A stretch of DNA of 64,000 nt, taken from positions 28,560 through 92,559 of the forward strand of contig NZ_CAITNG010000094.1 of NCBI RefSeq assembly GCF_903893715.1. Reading direction: 5' to 3'. The notes under the pieces were generated by a model that was not told the DNA's origin, did no database searches, and saw nothing but the letters and a program-made list of their open reading frames with translations. The position numbers were made by a program, and so were the translations under genes. The stretch is from an uncultured Mucilaginibacter sp. GTDB lineage: Bacteria; Bacteroidota; Bacteroidia; Sphingobacteriales; Sphingobacteriaceae. This document shows positions 38,341 through 48,130 of the stretch, piece by piece. How positions within the stretch are numbered: position 1 is the first letter of the stretch; each line of letters begins with the position of its first letter.

Positions 38341-38597
38341 TTAAAAACCACCCAAACCATACCGCCCGCTCTGCCGGCACCGGCGACAAGGCCCGCGTTA
38401 AGGTCAACGAAAAACTGCTGGCCTGGGCCGATGTCATCTTTGTGATGGAACGCAAACACCGGGATATGTTAAAGCAACGTTTCACATCGACTATTGCCGG
38501 AAAAGAAATGGTGGTACTGGATATTGAAGACCACTATCAATTTAACGACCCGGAACTTGTGGTCATTTTGCAGGTGGCTTTAGCCAAATATCTCTGA
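38277..38597 (+). CDS. Low-molecular-weight protein-tyrosine-phosphatase-like protein, TTG start
   Basis: P-loop CX5R motif ILFICSKNQWRSPTAE; ARSAGT; WADVIFVME; LDIEDHY. Confidence 0.88.
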   Translation: MPNILFICSKNQWRSPTAELLFKNHPNHTARSAGTGDKARVKVNEKLLAWADVIFVMERKHRDMLKQRFTSTIAGKEMVVLDIEDHYQFNDPELVVILQVALAKYL

Positions 38598-38617
38598 AAT
38601 TTCTGGTAAAATATCCT

Positions 38618-39076
38618 CTACCCGGCCTGCTCACTCGCGGCTAAACGGCTGGTGCTGCGGTACACAAACTCGTTGTAAATATGCCTGCGGGCAAACCTAC
38701 CCGGCGAATCGGCATTTACCAGTTTAACATAAACGGCTTTGGGCACATCAAAGTACTCGTAGGTATTGCCATCGGTAAACTGTATGGTAAGGGTTTGCTG
38801 CTTAAATTCAAAATCCAAAATAGCAGCGGTAGTAGTAGTAGTGATATAGTCGGGCAACGAAGCCGCAATGGTTTCAGGCGCTATGCTTACCAAAAAGTGG
38901 TAGGCCTCAATAATGTACTTGCTTTTGTGTTCGGCATCTAATTTCAGCTCATGGTCGTCGTTAAACTTATCGGGGTGCCAGGTTTTCATGAGGCTGCGGT
39001 ATACGCTTTTTAATTCTTGCAATGGGGCAGTTTCGGTTACGCCCAAAAACTTACGGTAGTCAACAATTTTCTTCAT
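38618..39076 (-). CDS. J-domain plus KTSC-domain fusion protein
   Basis: DYRKFLGV...YRSLMKTWHPDKF (J-domain HPD) and TLTIQFTDGNTYEYFDVP..VY..LVNA.SPGRF (KTSC); start at 39076. Confidence 0.87.
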   Translation of the reverse strand: MKKIVDYRKFLGVTETAPLQELKSVYRSLMKTWHPDKFNDDHELKLDAEHKSKYIIEAYHFLVSIAPETIAASLPDYITTTTTAAILDFEFKQQTLTIQFTDGNTYEYFDVPKAVYVKLVNADSPGRFARRHIYNEFVYRSTSRLAASEQAG

Positions 39077-39154
39077 TGGCGCAAAAATGCCTGTAATTTT
39101 TGGATTTACAGGCATTTATATTTTTTTTAACAATATGATAACTTTCAATCCGGC

Positions 39155-39682
39155 TTACTTTTCCAGCAGGGTTTTCAAGTTGTCCAAACTGGTCTGCATA
39201 TCCTTGCCCAGCATTTTATCCAAATTGAACAGAACGTGCATCACCTTCATCGGGTATTTTTTATGACCGCTAAAGCTCCATTTTACAGCCGTTTCGGTGG
39301 GGTTGATGGCTTCTGTTTTAAAGGTAGCGTACGATGTGCCGTTCCAGGGTTTCAAAAAGCGGATCTCATTGTCTATCTGTTCACCATCAATCAATTTAAT
39401 AATTTCCTGCTCGCCATGGCCCACCTGTTTATTTTCGCTTTGCCAGGCGTAAACAAAGCCAACGGTGCCATCGGTGCCTTTAAACTGTTTGGTCATGGCC
39501 GGGTCGGTCATCACCCACTTGTTATAGTAATCCTGGTTTTTGATGGTTTTTAAATAGTCGTAAACCTGTTGGTTAGGCTGGTGAACGATCACTTCTTTTG
39601 CTATCGTAAAATCAGCGGGGATAAATATCGCCATTACAAACGGGATGGCGATAATGGCGAGTATGATGTAGAGGACAGTCAT
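39155..39682 (-). CDS. SRPBCC (polyketide cyclase/START-like) family protein
   Basis: N-terminal TM; WVMTDP, GTVGFVYAW, VGHGEQEI, GKDMQTSLDNLK. Confidence 0.88.
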   Translation of the reverse strand: MTVLYIILAIIAIPFVMAIFIPADFTIAKEVIVHQPNQQVYDYLKTIKNQDYYNKWVMTDPAMTKQFKGTDGTVGFVYAWQSENKQVGHGEQEIIKLIDGEQIDNEIRFLKPWNGTSYATFKTEAINPTETAVKWSFSGHKKYPMKVMHVLFNLDKMLGKDMQTSLDNLKTLLEK

Positions 39683-39961
39683 AACCTTGGTTTTTAGGGG
39701 TTTTCAAAAATTATCAATAAAGGTATATATCTGTTTTTTGATTTTACAAGGTCAGCTAAAATTTTTGATCGGGTAAATCCCTGTCAAACTTCTGTTATAT
39801 TTTTTCGTTGCATTAGGCAATAACATCTTTAAAGCATTTATTTACGTAATTACAGCAAAATTATGTACTTTTATAAGCCGTCCGGCTATATATAAACTTA
39901 AGGCTGTTGTTGTTTTTATTTTGGGTTTTACACTGTTGTGCTGATCGATAGATTATTGTTT

Positions 39962-41563
39962 ATGAAGCTTTTTTTGTTTGTACTGCTTATTTCCTTTTTT
40001 CCTTTGTTCGGCTTTTCGCAGTCTGAGAGCCTCGACGAATTAAAAGCCGAACTCAATAAAAAAGCAGATTACGATAAAGACAAAGAGAATAAGATACTTC
40101 ACTTAAAAGCAGCACTCGCGGGCACTTCCGATATCAACAAGCAATTTAACTTATCCGTTAAACTGTATGACGAGTATAAATCATACCAGTTCGATTCGGC
40201 TTATGTGTTCGCCGTAAAACTGCAGGACCAAAGCAGGCTGTTGAACGACAGGCCAAAAGCGTACTTCAGTAAAATAAAAATGGCCTTTATCCTGCTTTCA
40301 TCGGGCATGTTTAAAGAGACCTTTGAAAGTTTAAAAGGTATAGATGTACGTGAACTGGATGCCAATACCAAACTCGAATACTACTCATTGCTTACACGCG
40401 CTTATTACGATGTGGCCAGTTACGATAATGATAAATACTACGCCCCCTATTACAATAAACTCGCCAACCAGTACATCGATTCGGCCATAGCCCTAAGCCC
40501 CGCCGACTCTTACGACAAAATATACCTTACCGGCTTTAAAAAGCTCAACAACGGTAAAAAAGACGAAGCCGCTGTCGATTTCCTCGACCTGCTTAACCAT
40601 CACCAGCTCACCACGCACCAGTATGCTATCGTTGCTTCAACGCTCAGTAATATTTATACCAACAGTGCCAAACGTATCGATCTGTTGGCCAAAGCTGCCA
40701 TCAGCGATATCAAATCCTCCACCAAAGAAACCGTGGCTTTGTTATGGCTTTCACAACTGTTGTATAAAGAAGGCGATAACGAAAACGTGTACCTGTTTTT
40801 GCAGGAAGCCCTAAAAGATGCAGAGTTTTACGGCGCACGTCAGCGTAAAATACAGATAAACACCCTGTTGCCCATTGTGGCGTCCGAAAAGGTAAATTAT
40901 ATAGAGCGCGAGAATACCCGTTTCCAAATATTCCTGGCAGCCATATTGGTGTTAACCGGTTTAGTTGTTTGGTTTGCCATCGCGCTATCCAAACAGCTTA
41001 AAAACTTAAAGGCTAAGGAAGTCATCATTGATGAAAAGAATGTGCAACTGGAGCGTATCAACGAAAAGTTGTTGGAAGGCACCAAGATTAAAGAGGAGTA
41101 CATCGGCTATTTCTTTAACGTGATATCAGGTTATATCCTGCAACTCGAAAAACTCAAGCGCTCTATCGATACCAAACTGTCCATCAAAAAGTATGATGAT
41201 ATCCACCTCATCATCGATAAGATAAACATCAAAGAAGACAGGGATAAGCTGTTTTACACCTTCGATCACGTGTTTATCAAAATATTCCCCAACTTTATCG
41301 ACGAGTTCAATTCCCTGTTTAACAAGGAAGATCAGATATGGCCCAAAGAGCATGAAGTGCTCACAACCGACCTCCGCATTTTCGCACTCATACGCATGGG
41401 CGTAAGCGATACCGAAACCATCGCCAAGATCCTCGAGTACTCCGAAAAAACAATTTACGTATACAAAATGCGTATCAAAGCCAAAGCCCTCATCCCCGGC
41501 GATCAGTTCGACCACCGTATTATGGAAATCAAGGCCGTCGATCTGCAAAGCAAATCATCGTAA
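39962..41563 (+). CDS. SusR-like membrane-spanning PUL regulator (DUF6377-type)
   Basis: Signal peptide, TPR-like periplasmic region, one TM helix, coiled coil, C-terminal HTH (DLRIFALIRMG...IAKILEYSEKTIYVYK); directly upstream of susC. Confidence 0.8.
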   Translation: MKLFLFVLLISFFPLFGFSQSESLDELKAELNKKADYDKDKENKILHLKAALAGTSDINKQFNLSVKLYDEYKSYQFDSAYVFAVKLQDQSRLLNDRPKAYFSKIKMAFILLSSGMFKETFESLKGIDVRELDANTKLEYYSLLTRAYYDVASYDNDKYYAPYYNKLANQYIDSAIALSPADSYDKIYLTGFKKLNNGKKDEAAVDFLDLLNHHQLTTHQYAIVASTLSNIYTNSAKRIDLLAKAAISDIKSSTKETVALLWLSQLLYKEGDNENVYLFLQEALKDAEFYGARQRKIQINTLLPIVASEKVNYIERENTRFQIFLAAILVLTGLVVWFAIALSKQLKNLKAKEVIIDEKNVQLERINEKLLEGTKIKEEYIGYFFNVISGYILQLEKLKRSIDTKLSIKKYDDIHLIIDKINIKEDRDKLFYTFDHVFIKIFPNFIDEFNSLFNKEDQIWPKEHEVLTTDLRIFALIRMGVSDTETIAKILEYSEKTIYVYKMRIKAKALIPGDQFDHRIMEIKAVDLQSKSS

Positions 41564-41574
41564 CAACTTCTTGT

Positions 41575-41597
41575 TTTTGTAACCATTGGTTACAAAA
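41575..41597. promoter_or_regulatory. Perfect 11-bp inverted repeat (terminator of the susR-like gene or an operator)
   Basis: TTTTGTAACCA-T-TGGTTACAAAA, 11 nt after the stop codon. Confidence 0.5.
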
Positions 41598-42070
41598 GGC
41601 CTTTATTTATGATCCTAAACACTTTTTTATTTAAAAAAGCGCTAAAAAGCATTATATTTTTTTGCACTACTAACTTAGCAAGTAATTGAAAATCAAATAG
41701 TTGATTTTTAAAAACACGATATTTTTTTAAATTCTTTTTAAAGAAATAGGGTATGGTAAATATCCTGCTTTACTTTGTATTGTCGCAAGAATGTGACACT
41801 TGTAAAAACCAATTAGTACCGATTCGTAATCTCTTTTTAATGTAACAGCTTTTTGTTGATGCGCAGTTTTTGTGCAACAATAAATTGTGGCACATCATTT
41901 TTTAGGGATAAATTTTTAGGATACACACGCTAAACCAATTTATGAACATATGAAGACATTTTACCCAACGTAAACTTCGCGCAAGGTAACTACTCGTTAC
42001 AACCGCCTCCTTAATTGTTTAACAACTTAATAAGCTTTCTTAAAAATCTTAACATACCAATTATAACATA

Positions 42071-45000
42071 ATGAAAGTTTTTTATTCCCAAATCTTAAAT
42101 TATATGAGAAATAATTATTTAAAAAAATTCATGCTGTTATGTTCATTGTTCATTATATCAACAATGGCATTTGCACAAACAGGCAGCATCAGCGGTAAAG
42201 TGGTCGACGAGACCAACCAACCCCTCCCTTCGGCCACTGTACAGATACAGGGCACACAAAAGGTTACAAATACCGACATTAACGGTAACTACAAACTCAC
42301 AGGCCTTGTAAACGGCAAAGTAACGCTCGAAATTCGTTTCGTAGGTTACCAAACTTTAACTCAGGTTGTAAACGTGGCCGGAAGCACTGTTGTAAATGTT
42401 GGCCTTAAACTCGCTTCATCCGCTTTGAACGAAGTTGTGGTGATTGGTTACGGTACAACAAACAAAAAGGACCTTACCGGTTCTGTAGCAACAGTAACAT
42501 CAAAGGATTTTAACACCGGCGCAGTAACTTCTCCCGAGCAATTGATTCAGGGTAAGGTTGCCGGTGTTTCTATCACATCAAACAGCGGTGCGCCTGGTTC
42601 GGGTAGTACCATCCGTATCCGCGGTGGTGCTTCTATCAACGGTAGCAACGCACCATTGATTATCATCGATGGTGTGCCTTTGAGCCCTGATGGTATCGGT
42701 GGTGTTGCAAGCCCTCTGGATATGATTAACCCGAATGATGTAGAATCTTTCTCGATATTGAAAGACGCGTCAGCTGCTGCCATTTATGGTAACAGGGCTT
42801 CAAACGGCGTAATCATTATCACTACTAAAAAAGGTCAGGCGGGTAAACCTGTCGTTAACTTTACCACCCAGCTTTCGGTATCAAACTTGCCAAAAGAAGC
42901 TCCGGTATTGAGTGCTGATCAGTTCCGCGCTTACGTTAATGCAAACGATACTACCAAAGCAGGCAAATACAAAGCCCTGATGGGAACGGCCAGTACCGAT
43001 TGGCAAAACGAAATTTACCAAACATCTGTAAGCACCGATAATAACATCAGTGTGTCGGGTACAGCCGGTAAATTACCTTATCGCGTTTCTTTAGGTTATA
43101 CCGATCAAAATGGTATTTTAAAAACAACATCGTTACAACGTTACTCGGGTGGTGTAAACTTAAACCCAAGTTTATTTACCGATCACCTGAAAATCAACTT
43201 TAGCTTTAAAGGTTCACAGGTTCAACAAAGGTTTGCGAACGAAGGTGGAGTTATCGGCTCTGCTGTCGATTTTAACCCTACCGTTCCCGTTACTTCAGCA
43301 GCGTCAACTTATGCGCCGTACGGTGGTTACTGGCAATGGACCGACCCTGCAAATACTCCAAGCGGCCTTAAAGCACTTGCGCCTTTAAACCCGGTTGGTA
43401 TTTTAAATCAAACCAACAATACCAGTACAGTATACAGGGCTATTACCAGCCTTGCATTGGATTACAGGGTTCACTTTTTCCCCGACCTGCATGTTAATGT
43501 GAACATGGCATACGATGCTTCTAAAGATTCGGGTGGTACTACCATACCATCAAACGCCGCTACCAATATTGACGTTTTGCAAAATGGTCAATACTACAGC
43601 GGTAGCTACAGCCCTTATAACGGTAATCAGCAAAACAAACTTTTTGAAGGCTTTTTAAGCTACAGTAAAGATATAAGAAGTATCAAGAGTCATTTTGATG
43701 CCGTAGCCGGTTATTCTTATCAGGATTTTGTGAATACAGCCTCAAACGGATTGTTCTCTTCGGGCGGGTTGTATTATAGTTCACAGTTCTCTAACGGTAC
43801 AGTAAACACCGCTTCAGCAAACAATTACAACAACTACGAGTACCTTTCCAATGAATATCTCCTTGCGTCAGTTTACGGAAGGTTCAATTATAATTTCGAT
43901 CAGCGTTATTATTTAACAGCGTCTATTCGTAGCGATAACTCAACCAAGTTTGCACCGGGCACACGAACCGGCACATTCCCTTCAGCAGCGTTAGCATGGA
44001 AGATTAACAATGAAAGCTTTTTGAAAGATAACAAAGTGTTGTCGAACTTGAAACTACGTCTCGAATACGGTGTTACAGGCAACCAGGACGGTATCGGCGA
44101 TTATGACTATTTATCGCAATACAGCTTGAGTAACAGTAATGCCCAATACGCGTTTGGTAATACCTATTACAACTTGTATCGTCCGGGTGCTTACTACCCT
44201 GGCCGTACCTGGGAAACAACAAACGCCGCTAACGCAGGTTTGGATTTTGGTTTCCTGAATAATCGCATCACAGGTACAGTTGATTATTACTATAACAAAA
44301 CCAAAAACTTGTTGGTAACCATTCAACAACCGGCTGGTACTAACTTTAGCAATACCATTGTCGGCAACGTTGGTAACATGGAAAACGACGGTGTGGAAGT
44401 TAGTCTTACCGGTAACATCATCGATACCAAAAAAATCGGCTGGACTGCCAACTTCAATGTAACCTTCGCCCATAACCAAATCACTAATTTAACCGCCATT
44501 CCTACCTCGAGCTTCCCGGGCATCGCTGTAGGCGGCATTTCTGGTGGTACAGGTAACAATATCCAAATCGACCAACCAGGTTACGCCCGTAACACCTTCT
44601 ATGTTTACCAACAGGTATATGGTGCAAACGGTTTACCAATTGATGGTGCTTTTGTTGATAGAAAATCAGATGGTATTACAAACAACCAGGATTTGTACCA
44701 GGATCATGATCCCGCTCCGAAAGAATTTTTCGGATTCAGCTCTGATTTCAGGTACCAAAAATGGAACGTAGGTTTTGTGGCCCGTGCCAGCTTAGGCAAC
44801 TACGTGTATAACAACGTAGCTTCAAGCACAGGTATTCAACGTAATATACTTAACCCCATTGGTACCATTAACAACGGCTCAACCGATGTGTTGGCAAGTG
44901 GTTTAACCGGTAACGGAAGTAACGATTTGTTGTCGGATTATTATATCCAAAACGCTTCCTTCTTAAGGATGGACAACGTCCACCTGGGATACAACTTTGG

Positions 45001-45169
45001 CAGCTTGTTTAATGGTAAAGCTAATTTGGCTATTACAGCAAACGTTCAAAACGTATTCATCATCACAAAATATACAGGTGTAGATCCTGAAGTATCGAGC
45101 GGTATAGATAATAATTTTTACCCACGACCAAGGACTTACTCTATAGGCTTAAACCTGAACTTAAAGTAA
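42071..45169 (+). CDS. susC: SusC/RagA TonB-dependent outer-membrane transporter (alternative start at 42104)
   Basis: Carboxypeptidase-like N-terminal domain, LNEVVVIGYGT, IRIRGGAS, PLIIIDGVP, ILKDASAAAIYGNRASNGVIIITTKKG; C-terminal YPRPRTYSIGLNLNL. Confidence 0.96.
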   Translation: MKVFYSQILNYMRNNYLKKFMLLCSLFIISTMAFAQTGSISGKVVDETNQPLPSATVQIQGTQKVTNTDINGNYKLTGLVNGKVTLEIRFVGYQTLTQVVNVAGSTVVNVGLKLASSALNEVVVIGYGTTNKKDLTGSVATVTSKDFNTGAVTSPEQLIQGKVAGVSITSNSGAPGSGSTIRIRGGASINGSNAPLIIIDGVPLSPDGIGGVASPLDMINPNDVESFSILKDASAAAIYGNRASNGVIIITTKKGQAGKPVVNFTTQLSVSNLPKEAPVLSADQFRAYVNANDTTKAGKYKALMGTASTDWQNEIYQTSVSTDNNISVSGTAGKLPYRVSLGYTDQNGILKTTSLQRYSGGVNLNPSLFTDHLKINFSFKGSQVQQRFANEGGVIGSAVDFNPTVPVTSAASTYAPYGGYWQWTDPANTPSGLKALAPLNPVGILNQTNNTSTVYRAITSLALDYRVHFFPDLHVNVNMAYDASKDSGGTTIPSNAATNIDVLQNGQYYSGSYSPYNGNQQNKLFEGFLSYSKDIRSIKSHFDAVAGYSYQDFVNTASNGLFSSGGLYYSSQFSNGTVNTASANNYNNYEYLSNEYLLASVYGRFNYNFDQRYYLTASIRSDNSTKFAPGTRTGTFPSAALAWKINNESFLKDNKVLSNLKLRLEYGVTGNQDGIGDYDYLSQYSLSNSNAQYAFGNTYYNLYRPGAYYPGRTWETTNAANAGLDFGFLNNRITGTVDYYYNKTKNLLVTIQQPAGTNFSNTIVGNVGNMENDGVEVSLTGNIIDTKKIGWTANFNVTFAHNQITNLTAIPTSSFPGIAVGGISGGTGNNIQIDQPGYARNTFYVYQQVYGANGLPIDGAFVDRKSDGITNNQDLYQDHDPAPKEFFGFSSDFRYQKWNVGFVARASLGNYVYNNVASSTGIQRNILNPIGTINNGSTDVLASGLTGNGSNDLLSDYYIQNASFLRMDNVHLGYNFGSLFNGKANLAITANVQNVFIITKYTGVDPEVSSGIDNNFYPRPRTYSIGLNLNLK

Positions 45170-45200
45170 TTAGGAATTGATTATTACAGAAAGGAATAAT

Positions 45201-46814
45201 ATGAAAAGAAATTCAATTAAAACATTAGTAATTACAGCGATATTAAGCACCGGTTTAATGTCTTGCGAGAAGAATACCATTCTTGCACCAAATTACGAAG
45301 TTACATCGCAACAGGTGTATAGTACACCTTTGGGATACACAGAAGCAATGGCCAAAGTTTACGGTGCCTTTGCGTTAACCGGTAATCAGGGCCCTGCGGG
45401 TAGCGGCGATATCGCCGGTATTGACGAAGGTACCTCCGACTTTTTCAGGTTATACTGGTACGCGCAAGAATTGCCTACCGACGAAGCCGTAATAGCATGG
45501 GGCGACCCGGGCGTGCCTGATTTGCACCAAATGAACTGGTCATCATCAAACGTTATCCTAACGGGTTTGTACGAACGTTGCTTATACCAAATCACCTTGG
45601 CTAACGATTTCATCCGCCAGTCGAGCGATGCTAATCTATCGGCCCGTGGTATTTCAGGGGCTGATGCGACCAAAATTCGATACTATCAGGCTGAAGCCCG
45701 TTTTTTACGCGCTTATCAGTACTCAGTGTTAATGGACCTGTTTGCTCAACCGCCTTTTATAACCGATGCTAACGCTGTTGGTTCTATTATCCCTCCGCAA
45801 ACAACCCGCGCTGCATTGTTCAGCTATGTTGAAAGCGAATTGAAAGCGATAGACCCCTTAATGGTAGCACCTCAACAAAACCAATATGGCCGCGCCGATC
45901 AGGCCGCAGTTTGGGCATTGTTGGCACGTATTTACTTAAATGCACAGGTTTATACCGGCACAGCACGCTATACCGATGCCATTACCTATGCATCCAAAGT
46001 AATTGGCGCTGGTTATACGCTGATTCCTAAATATGATAACCTGTTTTTGGCCGACAATAACTTAAATACAAGCGAGAATATCTTTTCTATTGAGTACGAT
46101 GGTAACAACATACAAGGTTATGGCGGTACAACGTTTATGACACACGCGCCTGTTGGCGGTTCAATGCCTTCATCTTCCTTCGGTATATCCGGTGGTTGGG
46201 CAGGTGTCCGTACAACAAGTAGTTTGGTAAACCTTTTCCCGGCCAATACCAACACTACTTTCCCTGAAAACGGCAACCCTGATTATCGTGCTGAGTTTTA
46301 CACCGTTGGCCAAAACCTTACCATTAACGATGTGACCAGCTTTACCGATGGATACGCCGTAAACAAATGGAGGAACGTAACCAGTACCGGCGCCCAGGGC
46401 CAAAGCAACAGCTTTTCGGATGTTGACGAACCTTTGTTCCGTTTACCCGAAATGTACCTGATTTATGCTGAAGCCGTATTACGTGGTGGCTCAGGTGGCA
46501 CAGCCGCTCAGGCATTAATCTATATCAATAACATCAGGACACGCGCTTATAATGGCAGCTTGGCAGGCAACATTACAGCAGGCCAATTAACAACCCAATT
46601 TATTTTAGATGAGCGTGCACGCGAATTGTATTGGGAAGGCTTCCGTCGTACCGATTTGATACGTTACGGATTGTTTACCAGCAGCAGTTATCTGTGGCCA
46701 TTTAAAGGTGGCGTAAAAGCCGGCGCAGGTGTGCCCGATTTCCGCAACCTGTTCCCAATACCTGATGCAGATCGGTCGGTTAACCCGAATCTGGCTCAAA
46801 ACCCGGGATACTAA
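45201..46814 (+). CDS. susD: SusD/RagB glycan-binding lipoprotein
   Basis: Lipobox LMSC; ELPTDEA, EARFLRAY, WALLARIYLNA, FRLPEMYL, ERARELYWEGFRRTDLIR, QNPGY. Confidence 0.95.
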   Translation: MKRNSIKTLVITAILSTGLMSCEKNTILAPNYEVTSQQVYSTPLGYTEAMAKVYGAFALTGNQGPAGSGDIAGIDEGTSDFFRLYWYAQELPTDEAVIAWGDPGVPDLHQMNWSSSNVILTGLYERCLYQITLANDFIRQSSDANLSARGISGADATKIRYYQAEARFLRAYQYSVLMDLFAQPPFITDANAVGSIIPPQTTRAALFSYVESELKAIDPLMVAPQQNQYGRADQAAVWALLARIYLNAQVYTGTARYTDAITYASKVIGAGYTLIPKYDNLFLADNNLNTSENIFSIEYDGNNIQGYGGTTFMTHAPVGGSMPSSSFGISGGWAGVRTTSSLVNLFPANTNTTFPENGNPDYRAEFYTVGQNLTINDVTSFTDGYAVNKWRNVTSTGAQGQSNSFSDVDEPLFRLPEMYLIYAEAVLRGGSGGTAAQALIYINNIRTRAYNGSLAGNITAGQLTTQFILDERARELYWEGFRRTDLIRYGLFTSSSYLWPFKGGVKAGAGVPDFRNLFPIPDADRSVNPNLAQNPGY

Positions 46815-46895
46815 AAAAATAAATAGCAGCAGGGGGTTCTGCCCCTCGCTGTTACATTATAAAAACAGCTTTTATAAAACTTAAAAAAAATTATA

Positions 46896-47993
46896 ATGAA
46901 AAACTTGATCACTAAAATGCTAACGTTCGGCGGCCTTTCGCTGCTGGCGCTCGCGTCATGTAAAAAGGATGGGGTTTTAACAACCGCCAACCTGACCAGT
47001 AGTTCGGCAAGCACACTTACTGTTTCGGCACCAACCGCTACCCTAAGCCCTTCCAAACTAACCGACCCGACAATTGTCGAAACTTTCTCCTTTACCGCAC
47101 CATCTTTTGGTTATGCGGCCGCGGTGGTTAACATCCTCCAATTGGACGCACCCGGCGATAACTGGGCTCACCCTTATTCGGTTACCATGAGTACCAATGT
47201 GCTTAGCCAAGGCTATAACACCAGCGATTTTAACACCATTTTATTAAAAATGGGCTTAAAAGGTGGTACAGCCGCAACTATTAACGCCCGTATCCAAAGC
47301 ACTATTGGTGTTAACACATCAGTATATTCGGCTGTAGTGCCAATTACTGTTACGCCGTTCAACTTAAAATCGTGGTTATACGTTGCCGGCGCTTACGAAG
47401 GCTGGGCTAACCCAGGTCCGCAGGAAGATAGCTTATACTCAGCTACAAGCAATGGTATTTATATAGGTATTATCAATTTTACGGCCGGTAACAACCAGTT
47501 TTTGGTTTTGCCAGCTAAAAACTGGAACAATAAATACGCGACAAACGACCCTACAGGTTCAACAAGCTCAACGGTTACCTACAATGCTAACAACAACTTT
47601 TACGCGCCAAGCACTGCAGGCCAGTATTTGGTAACCCTGAACCTAAACCTGAATACCATATCCTTCCAGGCCGTAAATTATTACAGCTTGATTGGTAGCG
47701 CGCCTCCGGGCACTGCATGGTCTACAGACAGCGACATGAAATACCTCAACGATGGTACGAGCACATGGGTTGCTACCGTACCGATGATAGTTGGCCAGTT
47801 CAAGGTTCGTCAAAATCATGATTGGACTTATAGCTGGGGCGATATTTCTCCCGCTGATGGGGTAGATGCGACTGACAATAATGGTGGTAACATCAACATC
47901 ACAACAGCCAAAACTTATACTATAGGCTTTACTATCCCTATAACTGCTGTAGGTGTTACGCCGTCGGTTACAGCTACCTACTCAATACACTAA
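46896..47993 (+). CDS. SusE/SusF-like starch-binding lipoprotein
   Basis: Lipobox LASC; N-terminal Ig-like region; LYVAGAYEGW, LIGSA..GTAW, FKVRQNHDW..SWG CBM-like repeats; position after susD. Confidence 0.82.
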   Translation: MKNLITKMLTFGGLSLLALASCKKDGVLTTANLTSSSASTLTVSAPTATLSPSKLTDPTIVETFSFTAPSFGYAAAVVNILQLDAPGDNWAHPYSVTMSTNVLSQGYNTSDFNTILLKMGLKGGTAATINARIQSTIGVNTSVYSAVVPITVTPFNLKSWLYVAGAYEGWANPGPQEDSLYSATSNGIYIGIINFTAGNNQFLVLPAKNWNNKYATNDPTGSTSSTVTYNANNNFYAPSTAGQYLVTLNLNLNTISFQAVNYYSLIGSAPPGTAWSTDSDMKYLNDGTSTWVATVPMIVGQFKVRQNHDWTYSWGDISPADGVDATDNNGGNINITTAKTYTIGFTIPITAVGVTPSVTATYSIH

Positions 47994-48016
47994 ATACTAT
48001 TGACTGACTTCAATTT

Positions 48017-48050
48017 AACCAACCTGCAAAATAATTGCAGGTTGGTTTTA
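48017..48050 (+). terminator. Rho-independent terminator after susE/F-like
   Basis: 13-bp stem AACCAACCTGCAA / TTGCAGGTTGGTT with an AATAA loop; T-tract follows. Confidence 0.8.
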
Positions 48051-48130
48051 CAAAAGCTATAGCTTAATTTAAGCCAATAAATACATGTTGACAATGGTTT
48101 TTTCCATTGCCTGGATGCTAACACACTAAT

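Noticed and set aside
37000-38600. Prophage, IS or integron as the carrier of the TA module
   Set aside because: No integrase, transposase, terminal inverted repeats or attC-like sites were seen.
6992-45200. Longer upstream starts given by the ORF track (6992, 7534, 12007, 13116, 22841, 27862, 29246, 37696, 39115, 39938, 45177)
   Set aside because: Downstream ATGs fit family N-termini, signal peptides and gene spacing better; starts remain unverified without proteomics.
46825-46878. Small hairpins between susD and susE/F-like
   Set aside because: Short imperfect stems with several alternative pairings and no U-tract; too weak to call.
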